Source: Eimeria praecox
Taxonomy: Eukaryota
DNA length: 64,000 nt
Assembly: GCA_963920595.1 (NCBI GenBank)
Contig: OY986948.1
Location: forward strand, 1,426,001 to 1,490,000
Reading direction: 5' to 3'
The stretch's first letter is position 1. Each line of letters begins with the position of its first letter. The position numbers and the translations under genes are program-made. Below, one piece after another: positions 41,950-55,191 of the stretch. Below the pieces are notes generated by a model. It made no database searches, was not told the DNA's origin, and saw nothing but the letters and a program-made list of their open reading frames with translations.

Positions 41950-44900
41950 CTAATGTTTTTCGATGAATGGCTTGGGTCTTGGCCAAATGCGGGGCCCTGG
42001 CCTTGCCAAACCGCATTTTTCTATAAGTGCAATAGACATTCTTCTAGTTCTTGACGTCCAATTTGTGTAACTAATAAGTTTCCAAGTTGCTAATGCCACG
42101 AAAGTGACGGAGCCAAATGTACACAGACGCAGAGCACGAGCCCGATTACATGGTTGTTGAACTGCACTTAAGTGGAGCCCAAAGGTTTGTGTCAGAGGAA
42201 AAAGGTTGGTGCAACCTTTTGGCTGTGGCTCCACTTCTCTGATCCACGCCAAATTTGGTGGCGGCAAGTAGTCACTGTTACTTTCACCGCTCGCTGGTTC
42301 GATACGTCTCCCGCCTGTGGCTGAGCAAATGGCAGGGCAAATATTTTTAACGCGCTCAACTCTCAACAGGTATGGCAGGCGTATCAATGCATGCATGAAT
42401 GGCATAATTGCCGTATTATTTGCATGTAACTCTGCTAACTGATTACGCTTCTTCTGCCGGTATGGCTGGACCATAGCGAGGGCTGAAGTGTAGCGGAAGA
42501 CCGTGCGACCTATTTTGTAGGCGCCCTGATGATGCCAACGCCGTCATAATCTGCAGAGGGCTGTAGCAAATGCTCTAGGGCAACCCCCTACAGCATTTGT
42601 CCAATCCAGGCCTAGCCATACCCCAGAGCTCAAACATTATATACAGCCAGCCATACACTCAAACATTATATACAGTACATATTGCAGGCTATAGTGTTTA
42701 CGATTGTTAAGCACATACTACACCCTTAGTAGACCGCCTGCAAGTAGATGCCCCTGCAATAGCTTCCGACAAGCCTTGCTTGCTACAGGGACGCCCCTAT
42801 GCTTTTTCTGGTGGTGCCGCGCTGCAGCAGTCGAGGAAATATTGACAATAGGTAAGCTGCCCGAGGCCGCTGGTACAGCTGGGAAAGGGACTACAGTCTA
42901 GCCCTCATTTGCGTGCGGTCATCACAGGTGCACGGGCGCGTCTAACGAATCCCTCCACGATGACAATGTGCAGCTACGTATGGGGTCCTCTTGGTCCGTT
43001 TGTCTCTTTTCAACTCTGCGAGCACAACTGCACGCAACTCTCAATGCCCACCAGGTTACCTGCAACTGCCGCGCCTTGCAGTATCTCGAACACGTGACAA
43101 TGTTACGATTTAAATAGTGTGCGAATTAATGTGAAGAAGACTTGTGTCGCTGTAACTCATACACTGGAAGCAACCCCGCCCGCTATCTATCTGCACCTAA
43201 CTCACTTTCATATCGATTAAGCGATTCTTAGGTGGTTGCTGTTATGAGGCTATGTATCATTGTTCTCCTTCCGACCTTCAAAAGAACACAACTAGCCCCC
43301 TAAATGAATGTAAACGAAATATCGATTTTGACTGGGATATAACTTACAAACCGCATGCTGATGGTGCACGCAGACCACCAAGTCAACTGTTGTGTAGTTG
43401 AAATAGTCAGGAACAAATTCAGCTTTTAAGGCATACTCGGTTAAGAACATCACGTATTCACGAAACTCCCCAGGCCTTGCCGTCCCCAACCACCAGTATG
43501 CCCAGTTGATGAGCTAAACGCCAGAGCTCGTGCTGTCCACAGAACGGCCACACTCTTGAAACACGGGCTCTGCACCAGGGGGATGCCTGTCACGACGGAA
43601 ATCCACGTGGCTGCTCGTAGCGAAGCTGCCAGCGGAAGAAGAAGGCGAAGGGTGCACTGGAATAAGCATGCGGCGGATGTCCGCTACATCGTCCAGATCG
43701 CTTAGGTCCCAAGAACCCGTTTCGTTCTGTTCAGATGGCTGCATCGGTGAAGTCTTTTTACCGGCGTGAGCTGGGGAAATGATGAATTCTGCATCGTCCT
43801 CGTAGAAGCTATGGAACTCTTCTGGGGGAACCGAAGCGAAACGCACTTTCCGTCCTTCAGCTCCTGGAGCTACAGTTGATGACACAGTAGAAGGCAGTGC
43901 GGCTTGCTGAGTGACACTACGGGTCCCCTCCGTCTTGTTTTGCAACTCCTCGGATCTCTGTAGCTCTAGCCACCATGCAGGCTGCGCCTCCTCTATGGGT
44001 GGTTCCTAAAATACAAACACGAATGTACAGGGCAGTAGTGAATGCACTTCGTCACCAGTGTTTAAACGCCTCAATGGACCTCCTTTTGCACACTTCAGTG
44101 TACTCAGGAAACTGCCTCACCGCGCATACGCCCAACCATCTTATTACCGTAAATGGGTCCATGTCTGCGAGGAACCAAGCCTGAGCACGTGGAGTTCAAT
44201 CGGAATCTTAGTCTCTCAGTGCATCATAAGGGTTGATACTGAAGTGTAGACGACGAAATCTTGAAGGGAATTAGGCGATTTGCCCCGTATCGTTAAAGAA
44301 TATGCAACCGACTATCCCAAAAGCTTCTCCCCGCTCCACGGCTAAGCAGGAGTCGAAAGAAGAAATAGGGAGCGCAAGATGCAGTTGGCTTGGTCAAACA
44401 CTGCCACGAAAATGGGAAAATACCCCTATTCTCTGCATGGACACCCAGGTTCAGCTCTCATTCAGAACGAAGCCTTCATGGAGAGCGCCAGCTTCGACCG
44501 CTGCTCTACCAGCCCTATGTTATCTCTAGAATAGAGACATATGATCTTGATGAGCATTTCTTCAAATCTTTCGAACCCTGCTAGCAATCATCAGGACGCA
44601 AGAGATGCGGGTATCTCAGGAACACGATGATGTGGGCTCTCACTTCCCTGTGCACACTGAGTCGCTGTAACTTGCTTCGTGGGAAAATATCCACTAACAC
44701 GTTGCGGACGCTCAAAACAATTTCTCGTGCTCGCTTATACTTTTCACCCTACAGGATAAAAAGAACAAGAGCAACGCAGCGATGTGTCAAACGGTGGTTC
44801 GGGACCACCGCGGAAGCGCCTTCAGTCAATCCAAGGCATTGCCCCGTTTGTCCGCTTTGGATGTTAGGAGAAAAACATGAAGTAAAACCGCTTCAAAACG

Positions 44901-46290
44901 CATGGAAGGCTCCTAGTCTAGCAGCCAAGGTAGGAAGGCTTCCCGAGTGCGACGGCTTTCCCGTTGGCAAAACTCGTGGGGCCATCAGTCGCTGCACGCT
45001 GATGCTGAAAACGCTGATGAAAATTGACATCGAAGCTAAGTCCCAATTATTAAATGCATCAACAAGAGTGCATAATGCACACGCGAGTGGGGTTCTGGCC
45101 TTCATGGAGCTTTGCAGGCTTATTGTGCCTGTATTACCCAGTGGACTGCAGCCTCCTGCGTGCGCGTCGCTTTTCGAACTGCCTAAGAAATGTGGAAACG
45201 GCTAAAAAGACTGTTTGGGTGCATGTTCAAGCACCAATGTGCACAATAAAGCAGCCTATCCGAAGTGCATCCTCTGACGGAACTGGCCACAGTATGGGAA
45301 AGTTACAGTCGAAGTTTTAGAGAGGCCCAGGTACAGCTTGCAAAGCATGCATGTGGTGAATACCCTCCATGATTGTAACTAGTTGGTGGCTGCTAAGCAT
45401 TCACAGTCCAGCTCGAATGGGGACTCACACTTGGCTACACACCCTAAGGGGAACGGAGGTCTTCGAATGTGCTTCCATCTTGTATTTGCTGTTCATACCA
45501 GAAAAGGATTTCTGGAAGGTGAAAGGGGGCTGCATCCCATTGGTTGGCTCTGTGCTTGCGGGCCAGAAGGTTTCTCTGCTCTTTGCCTGGGGGCAAGCGC
45601 ACAAGTGTGTGTTTCGACTCCGCGTAGGTAGGTGATTAAGCTCCCGTTTATGAACTAAAATCGGTGAATACAGTTCGTCAAGTGTTGTAACTGTTGCGGA
45701 GACCTTGATGTTTTACCACTCGCAGCATCCTAAAACTGGCGTGCGACGCTTAAGCGTAGAAGGTCTTAATGGCCACTGGTTTGGGCGTGTAAATAGCAGT
45801 ACTGCCCCAATGAGGATTCCATCCGGCCGCACGCTTCATCATCGATTGATTGTGTGGGCAAGGCTCCTGTGCCATACTAGAGTCATTGCAGGGAACGAAG
45901 AGGAAGTCATGATGATGATGAGCAGCACTAAGGGGAAGGCGCCTGCTGTGGGGCTGCTCGTAGACAACACTCTGCTTATCCACTTCAACGTTGTTCACAT
46001 TGTGTATCTTATTGTACCTGCAAGCTAGTAGCAAAATGCTGTGGATCACCCAGGATTGACCGCTGGCTAGAAGAACTAAGCCAGCCCTGGGAAGCCTGAA
46101 AAAGAATAACGGTGTTTCGTTGAGCTTTTCGCAGAGCCAGTCAATATGTGCGTACTGCCATTCCTTAATAGCAAATATTCTGAGCTCTGCCAATGTTTCT
46201 ATCGGACTCCGTATCAACAAAGCCACAAGGCGCCTATGCTGTTCCTTAGACTGCCGCTTCCAGGGAAGTGTGCTGAAACTCACGTTGGAA
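41950..46290 (-). CDS. Multi-exon hypothetical protein(s); boundaries uncertain
   Basis: Several protein-like segments, most flanked by plausible splice sites: LINWAYWWLGTARPGEFREYVMFLTEY (43375-43512), PAWWLELQRSEELQNK... (43514-43980), AWFLADMDPFTVIRWLGV (44056-44180) and the 46030-46283 segment. No family recognised. Confidence 0.5.
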
Positions 46291-47813
46291 ACTGCTAGAT
46301 CCCCTTAAGTGGCGTATAATGTAGTATTGCTCATCTAGTCAAGGGGAGGGAGAACAGGGAGTGCTAATTTGCTTTGCGGTGGCTTACAAACAGAGGCAGG
46401 TGCGCCACTCTGCACCCATAGGCAGGCAGTTACCTCGCAGGCCCGGCATTAAAGCATGAACCTGCGTACAAAGGACTAGACTTAAGGCTTGGGAGACAGC
46501 ACAGCAGGAGATAGGTGACGGATTCCCTTATTGTATCGTGTTCATTCCCAGGGAGGGCCTCTAGAGGCCAAATGGGAGACCTACAACCCAGCTCAGCCTC
46601 TGCCTTTGATATCTTGATGGATAATTTATGTGATACAAGAGGTGGAACAGCTTTGCTTGCATGTCAGGACGAGAGGTGAACACGTCAAAATCCTTGTCTG
46701 GCAGTCCTTCCCCTGCAGGTGAAGAATGATTTTACCCGGGTTGGATACACTCTACATATTTCTACAATTTCGTTGCGTTAAATGCGCAATAACACAGTGC
46801 ACCTGCCTTTTACTGCGAACACGAGGACAAGGAGAAGATGCAACGCAACTAAGTGGCCAGATACTGATGCTGACCCTTAGTTGGCGCTCCAGTGAAGATG
46901 TATTTATAAGGAGATACCAGCATATATATTGTCTTAAAATTGGAGCTAGCAGCCAGTCTCTACTTGCCAGGAAATTCCAGCAACGACGCACAGCACGATC
47001 TACGGATCCCAAGTAGCCTGCATCCTTGTGGCCTCGCCATTCGAAATTCTACTGCATCCAACGAATCCCTCCCAACATTTGTTGTTTGATGCTAATTTTC
47101 TGTGGGTAGACCTGTGTGTGTTTAGGTGGCACTGTGTGGTCATGCGGTGACGTGGAGTCTCGATTGTGGCGAGTGTTCGCTAGCTCAGAGAGCTCGTGTC
47201 TCTGCGGACGTACTGTGGCAATTTCCACCAGATATCGGAGTTGTACTAAATGTTTCAACAGCTAAAAGGTATTTTGCACCCGGTATAAGCTGAGTTGGTA
47301 AAACGGCAGAGCATTCTTCGAGCTCGTGCCGACCTGTGATCCCCGCTCGGCAGCGGTCACATGAAGACAGCTGATGGAACATCTACTCGCCATGCTTCCC
47401 AACCTATGTAGAATGGTGGCGTTTTGAATCCTTGCCCATTGGATTAAAAGACTTTCAGCCAGAAACAACAGATGTGGCCCACCTGGACGTGAGGTGTCAC
47501 TGCGTTTGTCGCATTTCCTCGCACCAACGAGGGCAGTTGGTCACGGTGCTCTTCTGGCGCTGCGCCACCAGGAAATTTTGGTTTTTTTCACTTTCTACCA
47601 GTAGCAACTCAGTTGGTCTTTACACTAGCCATTGCAAGCCTCATAACTCAAGCTGCAAGCCCCTCGTTCACCTTGTAGTCGAAGCCACTGCTCTCGGCAG
47701 CGGCAACAACAACACCTGCAACATTGAATGTTCTCCCCCCTTACATGTTTACTCATAGGACGCAGAGGGCGTTTTGATTTATTCCCTTTCATTTCACTGC
47801 AGTGGTCTCAACA

Positions 47814-50358
47814 ATGATGATCAGGCCGACGATGGTTGCCACGCAAAATCGGTGCATAGATTCGCCAGTCTGGGGGCGCACGTACTCGCCTGCAGATTTC
47901 CCAATGCCTAATCAAAGCAAGGTAGCCTCAACAGGCCTACAGACAGGTGATGACGGGTGTATGCAACTTAGAGCTAGCAACTCGATGCCATGTGGGCTGC
48001 CGTGGTACGGGTTCAAGCAAGAGCTTCCGCCTCAATCCGCTATCAAGCAAGGGAGCCCAGACGTCCTTCCATCAGCTTATATCCTTCAGGAGAGTGCTAC
48101 ACGGATGTGGAGGAGCCCTGGCAGCTTCTCCTCTCGAGTTGGAGCTCCTTGTGCCTATGACGGGTACGCCTCCTCCCGATCAAGCGTTGTTTCATACGTT
48201 CCCCCCAAAGACGTAAGGAGGGCTTGCCGTGCTCATATTGTCAAACAGGCGTCCTTACCAGAAAGACCACCAATCATTCCTCAGAATTATAACCTCACAG
48301 GCATCTCAGCAGCAGCCCCAGAAGCAAAGGGTCCCGATAAGGTTACTTGTCCTCCTGTCCGACGTGTTGAACCACCGGTGTTATTCAGCTCCTTCTTTGA
48401 CAGAATGCAACTTGATCACATAGTTGCGGCAAAGGACAAAATCTTGAAGAAGGTCAAGAATCGCGATGTTGAAGGAGCTGCTAGCTTTGAAGCCGCATCT
48501 GACGCCAATATCTCTGATGATGGGCATAGCACTCGAGATCCAGCGATGCAATTTATGGGAGCAGTTGACCTTCGCAGTTTGTACAACAGATACCAGAAAA
48601 GTGAGGAAATTCGAGCATCTATGAGCGACAGAGAAACGTCTGCATCTCAAGGCACAGCTGGACCATCCCCTCCCGCATCTGATTCAGAAGTTGAGACATA
48701 TGCCCCAAGAGAGAAAGTTTTCCGAACTGAAGCAGCTGCCCGGCTAGCTGCGTCACCAACACCAGGTAAAATGTCTTCCTATGTTGCTACTACTGTCGGA
48801 ATGCGTGTTGTGAGGGCCTGGCCAAAGCCTGCTGAACACCAGCATTCGGCCAGGCGCCAGATGGAGCCTACGTCACCACCACATACACGACAGTCAAGGT
48901 CTTCGAGTCGTCGAGTCTGCCGAATCACTTATCGGCGTCGGGATGACGCAAAAAGCCCTCCCCCTGACCTTCCCCGTCACGCTCTCAACAAAGTTGCAGT
49001 GGAAGGGTCGTACACGCACATGATTCCCGTTTCCGGTAATGGGAATATGAAGGGATTGGTGTCGTGTACTCCGTATTCCTGGGTTTCCAAGAGTCGCCAT
49101 CCAGACCAAGCATCAGCTCGCGTTGTTGAGTCTATGGGCTATCGCTACTTTGTGTTCAATCTTCCGGAGGATGAGATGATTAGCAGCGTTGATTTCACTC
49201 TAACATCGTGCATCAGCCAAGGTAGCTTTGGCACAGTGTACAAAGCCGTGTGGAAGGGTAAAATTGTAGCTATAAAGCAAGCCCACGGCAAAATGACACT
49301 GGAAGCAATGAGATCGGTTGCAAGGGAGATCAACTCTTACCGCATGATTCAACACCCTTTCATTGTCCGATACTACGGTGTATGTATTGACCAAAATTTT
49401 GTGGGTTTAGTGACTGAATACCTAGATGGGGGGAACATTTTCGACATCTTGTATGAGAACAAAGCAAATATTCCTGCGGAAATTCGGCTTAGAATGTGTA
49501 GGCAGCTTATAGAAGCGGTTCACTTCCTGCATACGGAGAAGCGCCTTGTCCACAGAGACCTCAAGACAGCTAATCTCGTTGTTGACAGTGAGGTAAGTAT
49601 GTTTTGCGTTTAATAAGGCATACCTCCTGCTCCCCCTTCTCCTGATTGCTAGCTAATATGGCATGGCGATCCCTTTCTCAATGAGCTGCAGGTATTATAG
49701 TTGTTCCTTCATCCCGACGCGATCAGTTAGTCAATCAGTCTCACGTGGGCAATTGTGGTCGACTCAAGGAATCAGCTTCACGGTTTTCCTCGTGCTGAAT
49801 AATGTTTGCGGTGCTCAATATATTTGTGCAGTACAATATCCGGCTTTGCGATTTTGGCAAGACACGATCGTTAGAGCAGCACGGGAAACTCAAGCTAGAA
49901 GACAACGGAGGGTCCCCCCGCTACATGGCTCCTGAGTGCTTTGTGGAAGGCAATTACGTGGATGAGAAACTAGATCTTTGGGGACTGGCTTGCTGCCTTA
50001 TTGAAATACTCGGGGGTCCGATTCCATTTGAAGACATACATTCCAACGAAGGTACGTCTGTTTTGTCACGATGTAAATGAATAACTGCTTGCACATGCTG
50101 CAAAGAAGTGTGGATAGGAAGTGCTGCAAAGCTGGCTGCTGCGACTTTTCAGGAGTCATACACGCGCTTTTGTACAACCGTCGAAAACCGACCGTTCCAG
50201 CCTGGTTTCATCCAGCTGTGCGCTCAGCATTGGACAGCTGTTTTGCATGGAACCCATGGGAGCGTCCTGATACTCTATATATGAAGAATGTGTTCTCCAA
50301 GTTGACACCTGGAGAACTCAACAAGTATGGCATGAATCTTAAAAGATCATTTTGCTGA
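47814..50358 (+). CDS. Protein kinase, TKL-like, with a long low-complexity N-terminus; exons ..49592, 49832-50051, 50153-50358
   Basis: SQGSFGTVY, VAIK, HRDLKTAN, LCDFG, GSPRYMAPE, DLWGLAC and PWERP motifs are joined by GT-AG introns. A polypyrimidine-CAG acceptor at ~47801 suggests an upstream exon. Confidence 0.92.
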
Positions 50359-51519
50359 AAGCAAACTCCTGTGGACGCATGAGCGCTAGTCCGGATTTAA
50401 TAACTCCCCTGAGCATCCTTCTAGCTGGTCCCATCCCAGCTTTCAAAGACACTTTTACTTTACCTAACAAGCTTTAGTACTTAAGCGCTGCCGCTGCGTT
50501 CACCCGTCTCCAGTTGAGACAGCCTCCACTGTGAGAACGACAGTGAGAGCCGTTCATGGCGTCGCTTCTTCAAATAAAACCGCACAGCTAAATGCACCGA
50601 AACGCTTCCTGACTAGCTGTATACTGTTGTATACAATGCAACTGATGCAGCGCTACAGACCATACACTACTTTGCATTGTTACTCGAGGCGGTAATGCAT
50701 TTTGAAACCGTTCACCCCCCCAATCCGTAGTCATGTACGTAGCCTCCTCCCCCACTAGTCTACACAGGAGGAAAAGCACCCCTGCAATCCTAAACCCTAC
50801 ACCCCCTACATCCCCACCACCCCACCGCTAGTCCCCAGTCCCTTGTTGCAATCTACAAACTACCCCGTCAACTCTGCTCCCAAATAGCCGCCCTAAGTTC
50901 CTACATAGTTACCTCCCCCAGCATCCCCTTTGGCACTCTAATGCTGTGCGTCCTAGAAATCATGTACTAGAATACTGCACATTCCCACCGCTTACCACTA
51001 CTACCACTACGGAAAACTAGTGCTCTTTTGCGTTGCCTTAATAACTGCGATGCGCATGCTCTCAAGTAAAGTTGGAAGGAAAACGGGAAGCCAGCAGACT
51101 GCTCTCTTTGAAGGCCCCTCCGTTGCCGCACTGGAATGAATGCACGGAGCTTAATATTCGCCCCTCGCTGCGTTTCGAGAAGCGCAACAATGCACGAACC
51201 AGCCTGCAGGCCTGCCAAGAAAGGGGCCGCCACAGTCACTGCCACCCCCATCTTCCCGCCATGCGGACAGCTAAGCGTGTAGCCAGAACCCCCCCCTCGC
51301 AGGGTTTTTATGGGTACAGACGCACTTAACGCCTGCCTACAAAAGTCTCAACCCCGAACTTTCCTTCCGTAAGCTACTACTCAGTATGTCGCGCTCTGTT
51401 GAACCCAGCTATGGGGCCCAACGCCAGGCAGCACACAATAATGCCTTCATGTTGTGGCAATGTGGTATGGGTTGGTCGTGAAGCCGCTACGCAAGCCATC
51501 ACCCAATCTATTACTGCAT

Positions 51520-52795
51520 CTAGAAGCACTTGCGGTGTACGATGCTAGGCCCAGATTCATCGTACTCCTCCTTCGTGATCCACATCTGTTGGAAGGTGGA
51601 GAGGGAGGAAAGGATGGATCCTCCAATCCAGACAGAGTACTTGCGTTCAGGCGGCGCGACCACCTTAATCTTCATCGTGGACGGGGCCAAAGAGGTAAGC
51701 TCCTTCGTAAGACGTTCACCAATTCCTTCGTACATGGTGGTACCGCCGGACAGCACAACATTGCCGTATAGGTCCTTTCTGATGTCCACGTCGCATTTCA
51801 TGATGGAGTCGAAAGTGGTGCGGTGAACACCAGAGGCTTCTTTGCCCAAGAAGGAAGGCTGGAACAGAGCCTCAGGGCACCGGAAGCGCTCATTGCCAAC
51901 TGTGATGATGTTGCCATCAGGCAACTCGTATGACTTCTCGATGTCACTCGAATCTTCAGCATTCTGCGGAAAACACCCACCGAACAGCAGCCAAGCAATT
52001 CAGCAAGACAGAAAACGTAAGCCACCCAATAGCAGCCAAGCAATTCAACGAGACAGAAGACTGGAAAGCAACGCTAGCACTGTTTCCCGTTTGCCCTGCT
52101 CAACGCACCTTCATCTCTTCGTCGAAGTCGAGCGCAATGTAGCACAGCTTCTCCTTAATGTCGCGCACAATTTCCTTCTCAGCTGTGGTGGTGAAACCAT
52201 ATCCACGCTCATGAAGGATGGTCATCATGTACTCGGTCAAATCACGGCCGGCGAGGTCCAGCCGCATCATCGCGTGCGGGAGCGCATAACCCTCATAGAT
52301 CGGGACAGTATGAGACACACCGTCACCAGAATCAAGGACGATACCTGTTGTACGACCCGAGGAGTACAGAGAGAGCACGGCCTGGATAGCGACGTACATC
52401 GCAGGCACGTTGAAAGTCTCGAACATGATTTGCGTCATGCGCTCACGATTCGCCTTCGGATTGAGAGGTGCCTCGGTAAGGAGAACAGGATGCTCTTCTG
52501 GTGCGACACGTAACTCATTGTAGAAGGTGTGGTGCCATATCTTCTCCATGTCATCCCAGTTGGTAACAATACCATGCTCGATAGGGTATTTCAGAGACAG
52601 GATACCTCTCTTGCTTTGAGCCTCATCACCCACATAACAGTCCTTCTCCTCCATACCAACCATGATACCAGGGTTCTTTGGGCGACCAACTATCGAGGGG
52701 AACACTGCGCGCGGCGCATCATCACCTGCTACTCCGGCCTTCACATTTCCGGACCCGTTGTCCACGACGAGAGCTTGGACCTCCTCGTCCGCCAT
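51520..52795 (-). CDS. ACT1: Actin (apicomplexan actin I); exons 52109-52795 and 51520-51963
   Basis: Reads [32 protein letters not shown] ... [10 protein letters not shown], with one GT-AG intron at 51964-52108. Confidence 0.99.
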
Positions 52796-55001
52796 TTTCG
52801 CCTAAGAAGAAATTTTAAAGAAGAGTTGCGGCTAAAGCACCCAAGCAGACGTAGACAAAAACCTGCGAGGTTCCACAAAAGCGCGCACACAGCAATCCCG
52901 AATGGTGAGTCAAGTATTACGACCAAGCAAGCTGCCGTGCACTGACATCCCGAAGTTACAACCAAAGCAAATAAGTTTAAAATATTCTGTTCACACAGTT
53001 TCCTTTGCTGGATTGCTTGCTGTTTGCCTACCAAGTGAAGCGCACACCAAGCGAAAGTGTCAGACCAGCATCCATGCAAACTGTGCGTGAGTGCAAGGAA
53101 GTGCAATTCTTAACCTACCTGTAGCACTAGTGCCCAGGGGAACGCAGATGTGCAAATGATGATAAGCAAAACCGTCGTAAAATGGGGCCACTTTCGTTGC
53201 GAAAAATGCAGATAGTTGATGGGGGAAGGTGTGCCTGCGGAACCGCCGCTAGGCGGGCCAGAGGGGCTGGTGTGCTGCTGCCAGCTGAGCACGCCGTACT
53301 GCCTGCGCTTCTCAGCTCGCTTGATGGCCACGCCAGCTTTCACCGATTTCGTGCCTATAGCTTAGGTGAATATTTATTTATACTTTTGCGGATTCATGCT
53401 ACTTTTTTTTGAACTCTTGTCCCTTGATCGAGGAGCGAACGTTTGGCACGCCTGGCGAGTGAGCGTGTAGTTGGTGAGTTGCGAGCATTGATGGCGTAAA
53501 GCCAGCGTTTTCTGCAGGGACGCTTGAACTGAGTGGGCATAAATAGGAACTAGTTTCATTTTTTTCAAGTCGCCCATAAAGAAAGCGGGTTTGGGTGCTT
53601 CTACAGCCTCCTTTTAGCGGTCGCTTGCACAGTTCGTGGTAATGCGTGGTGCTTCAAGGCTTCGGAGGAACGGCGTGCGGGGAGAACACACACTGCAAAG
53701 AAGTAGGGAGTGCATGCTGCCTGCTAAACGAAGAAATCTTGCTGGTTTATCCATTGACTGTCTAGCTCATTCCTGAGCCTCTGCGCATTGGGAGGGGGCG
53801 CACGCGTTAGCTGATGCTACGATGTGTGCAGCCGTGAGTGAGAGCCCTCGACCCCAGTTGAGGGCCATCACGAGTTGAAAAAGAGTCAACCACTTGAAGA
53901 AAGGGTTTTAAGAACGAATCAGACTCCCGTTCAGCCTCCTAGCCTCCTGTTCGCAACGGCCGAACGGCATAGACGAGTGTGTAGACAGCAAGCCTTTTAC
54001 GGCGGCATAGCAGCTTGAAGTGCTGCAAGGCATGCTCACATACACTCACAACCATTCCTTCCGCTCCATTGTTGACTGTAGTATAGTTGAACAGGAGCAC
54101 TAGCATCGCAGACCATGCTGGATAGCGGGACTGATGGGCAGTTTCCGAGGGCCATCGTGCGCTGCGCTGCACTCACACTGAAAGTTCCGGAAGGCAACCG
54201 GTTTGCTCTCCAATATCCAAATTTCATAAGCACAGCATCACAAAGGCCTGGTGCATAGCAGGCAACCTCGCATAGCCATATACAGGCCCTGTTCGGTTGC
54301 TGCGTCAACATTCTAGACAATTGCTACACAGTTACATGATCACTTTCAGCTAGCCTGTAGGGGAGGAAGCATGCTAGGGGTGAAGCAGGAGTGCTTGCTT
54401 TAGTGATTCAGGGCGTCTGTTGCAGAATGGAATTTTAGAACCAGCTGAGCTCCATATAGACAACTAAGGAACAGAATGGTGGAACTCATTGAGATGAGGG
54501 AGTGATTACGGATCCAGGAGGCAAATGTGAGCCACGTCCACTGGCCTGTCTAAGTAGAAATAAAAAGGCCTTGGACGTGACCCATATATATTGCCTGGAT
54601 ATATATAGGCTCTGAATTCTACCCTTGCCCATAAAGAAACGAGACCACGAGGAAACTGGCGAACGTGGCACACAGCAAGCCTAGTGGACGAACAGAGCCG
54701 AGCGTGTGCATCTTTTGCAACAAGTTCGCATGTCACGAACATGAAAATAACTAAGGAATTGGAAAGATAAAACTTTAAGGAGTGTCCCTAGCAGAACTAT
54801 CAGTTACTAGTGCCACTTGGCAGAGGCTGCAAAATGGACCTAACATCTGCAGATTTAGTCAGGGGAAGCAGCGTACATGCCGACGCAGTCTATTCAGTGG
54901 CACAGTCTCTGAGGCTGCGTTGCACTTGGTAGCATCGTATGGCTCATCAGAGTGTGAACAAGCAAAATTTCGCCGCCACAGCACGATTATAGCGTTATCT
55001 G

Positions 55002-55191
55002 CGTAATGGCGTACTCCTATCCCTAGTTGCTTGCAGGCTGAGTGCGGAGGAATAAGGAAGTATTTTAAGACAGTCTAAGTTACAGCCTACAATGCTAGCA
55101 CATGCGGAAAATGGGCAGTGGCAATGGGTGAATGTAATGCTGCCCTGCAGCCCTAGCTACAACAAGGTGCTTTGGAGCCCATGGCAAGCCT
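55002..55191 (+). repeat. Putative 5' LTR (diverged); may extend to ~55310 or further
   Basis: 55066-55191 aligns without gaps to 59958-60083 with 84/126 identities by hand count. Confidence 0.7.

Noticed and set aside
51454..52945. Long plus-strand ORFs over actin, and similar shadow ORFs over dynein
   Set aside because: Antisense shadows of conserved coding sequence.
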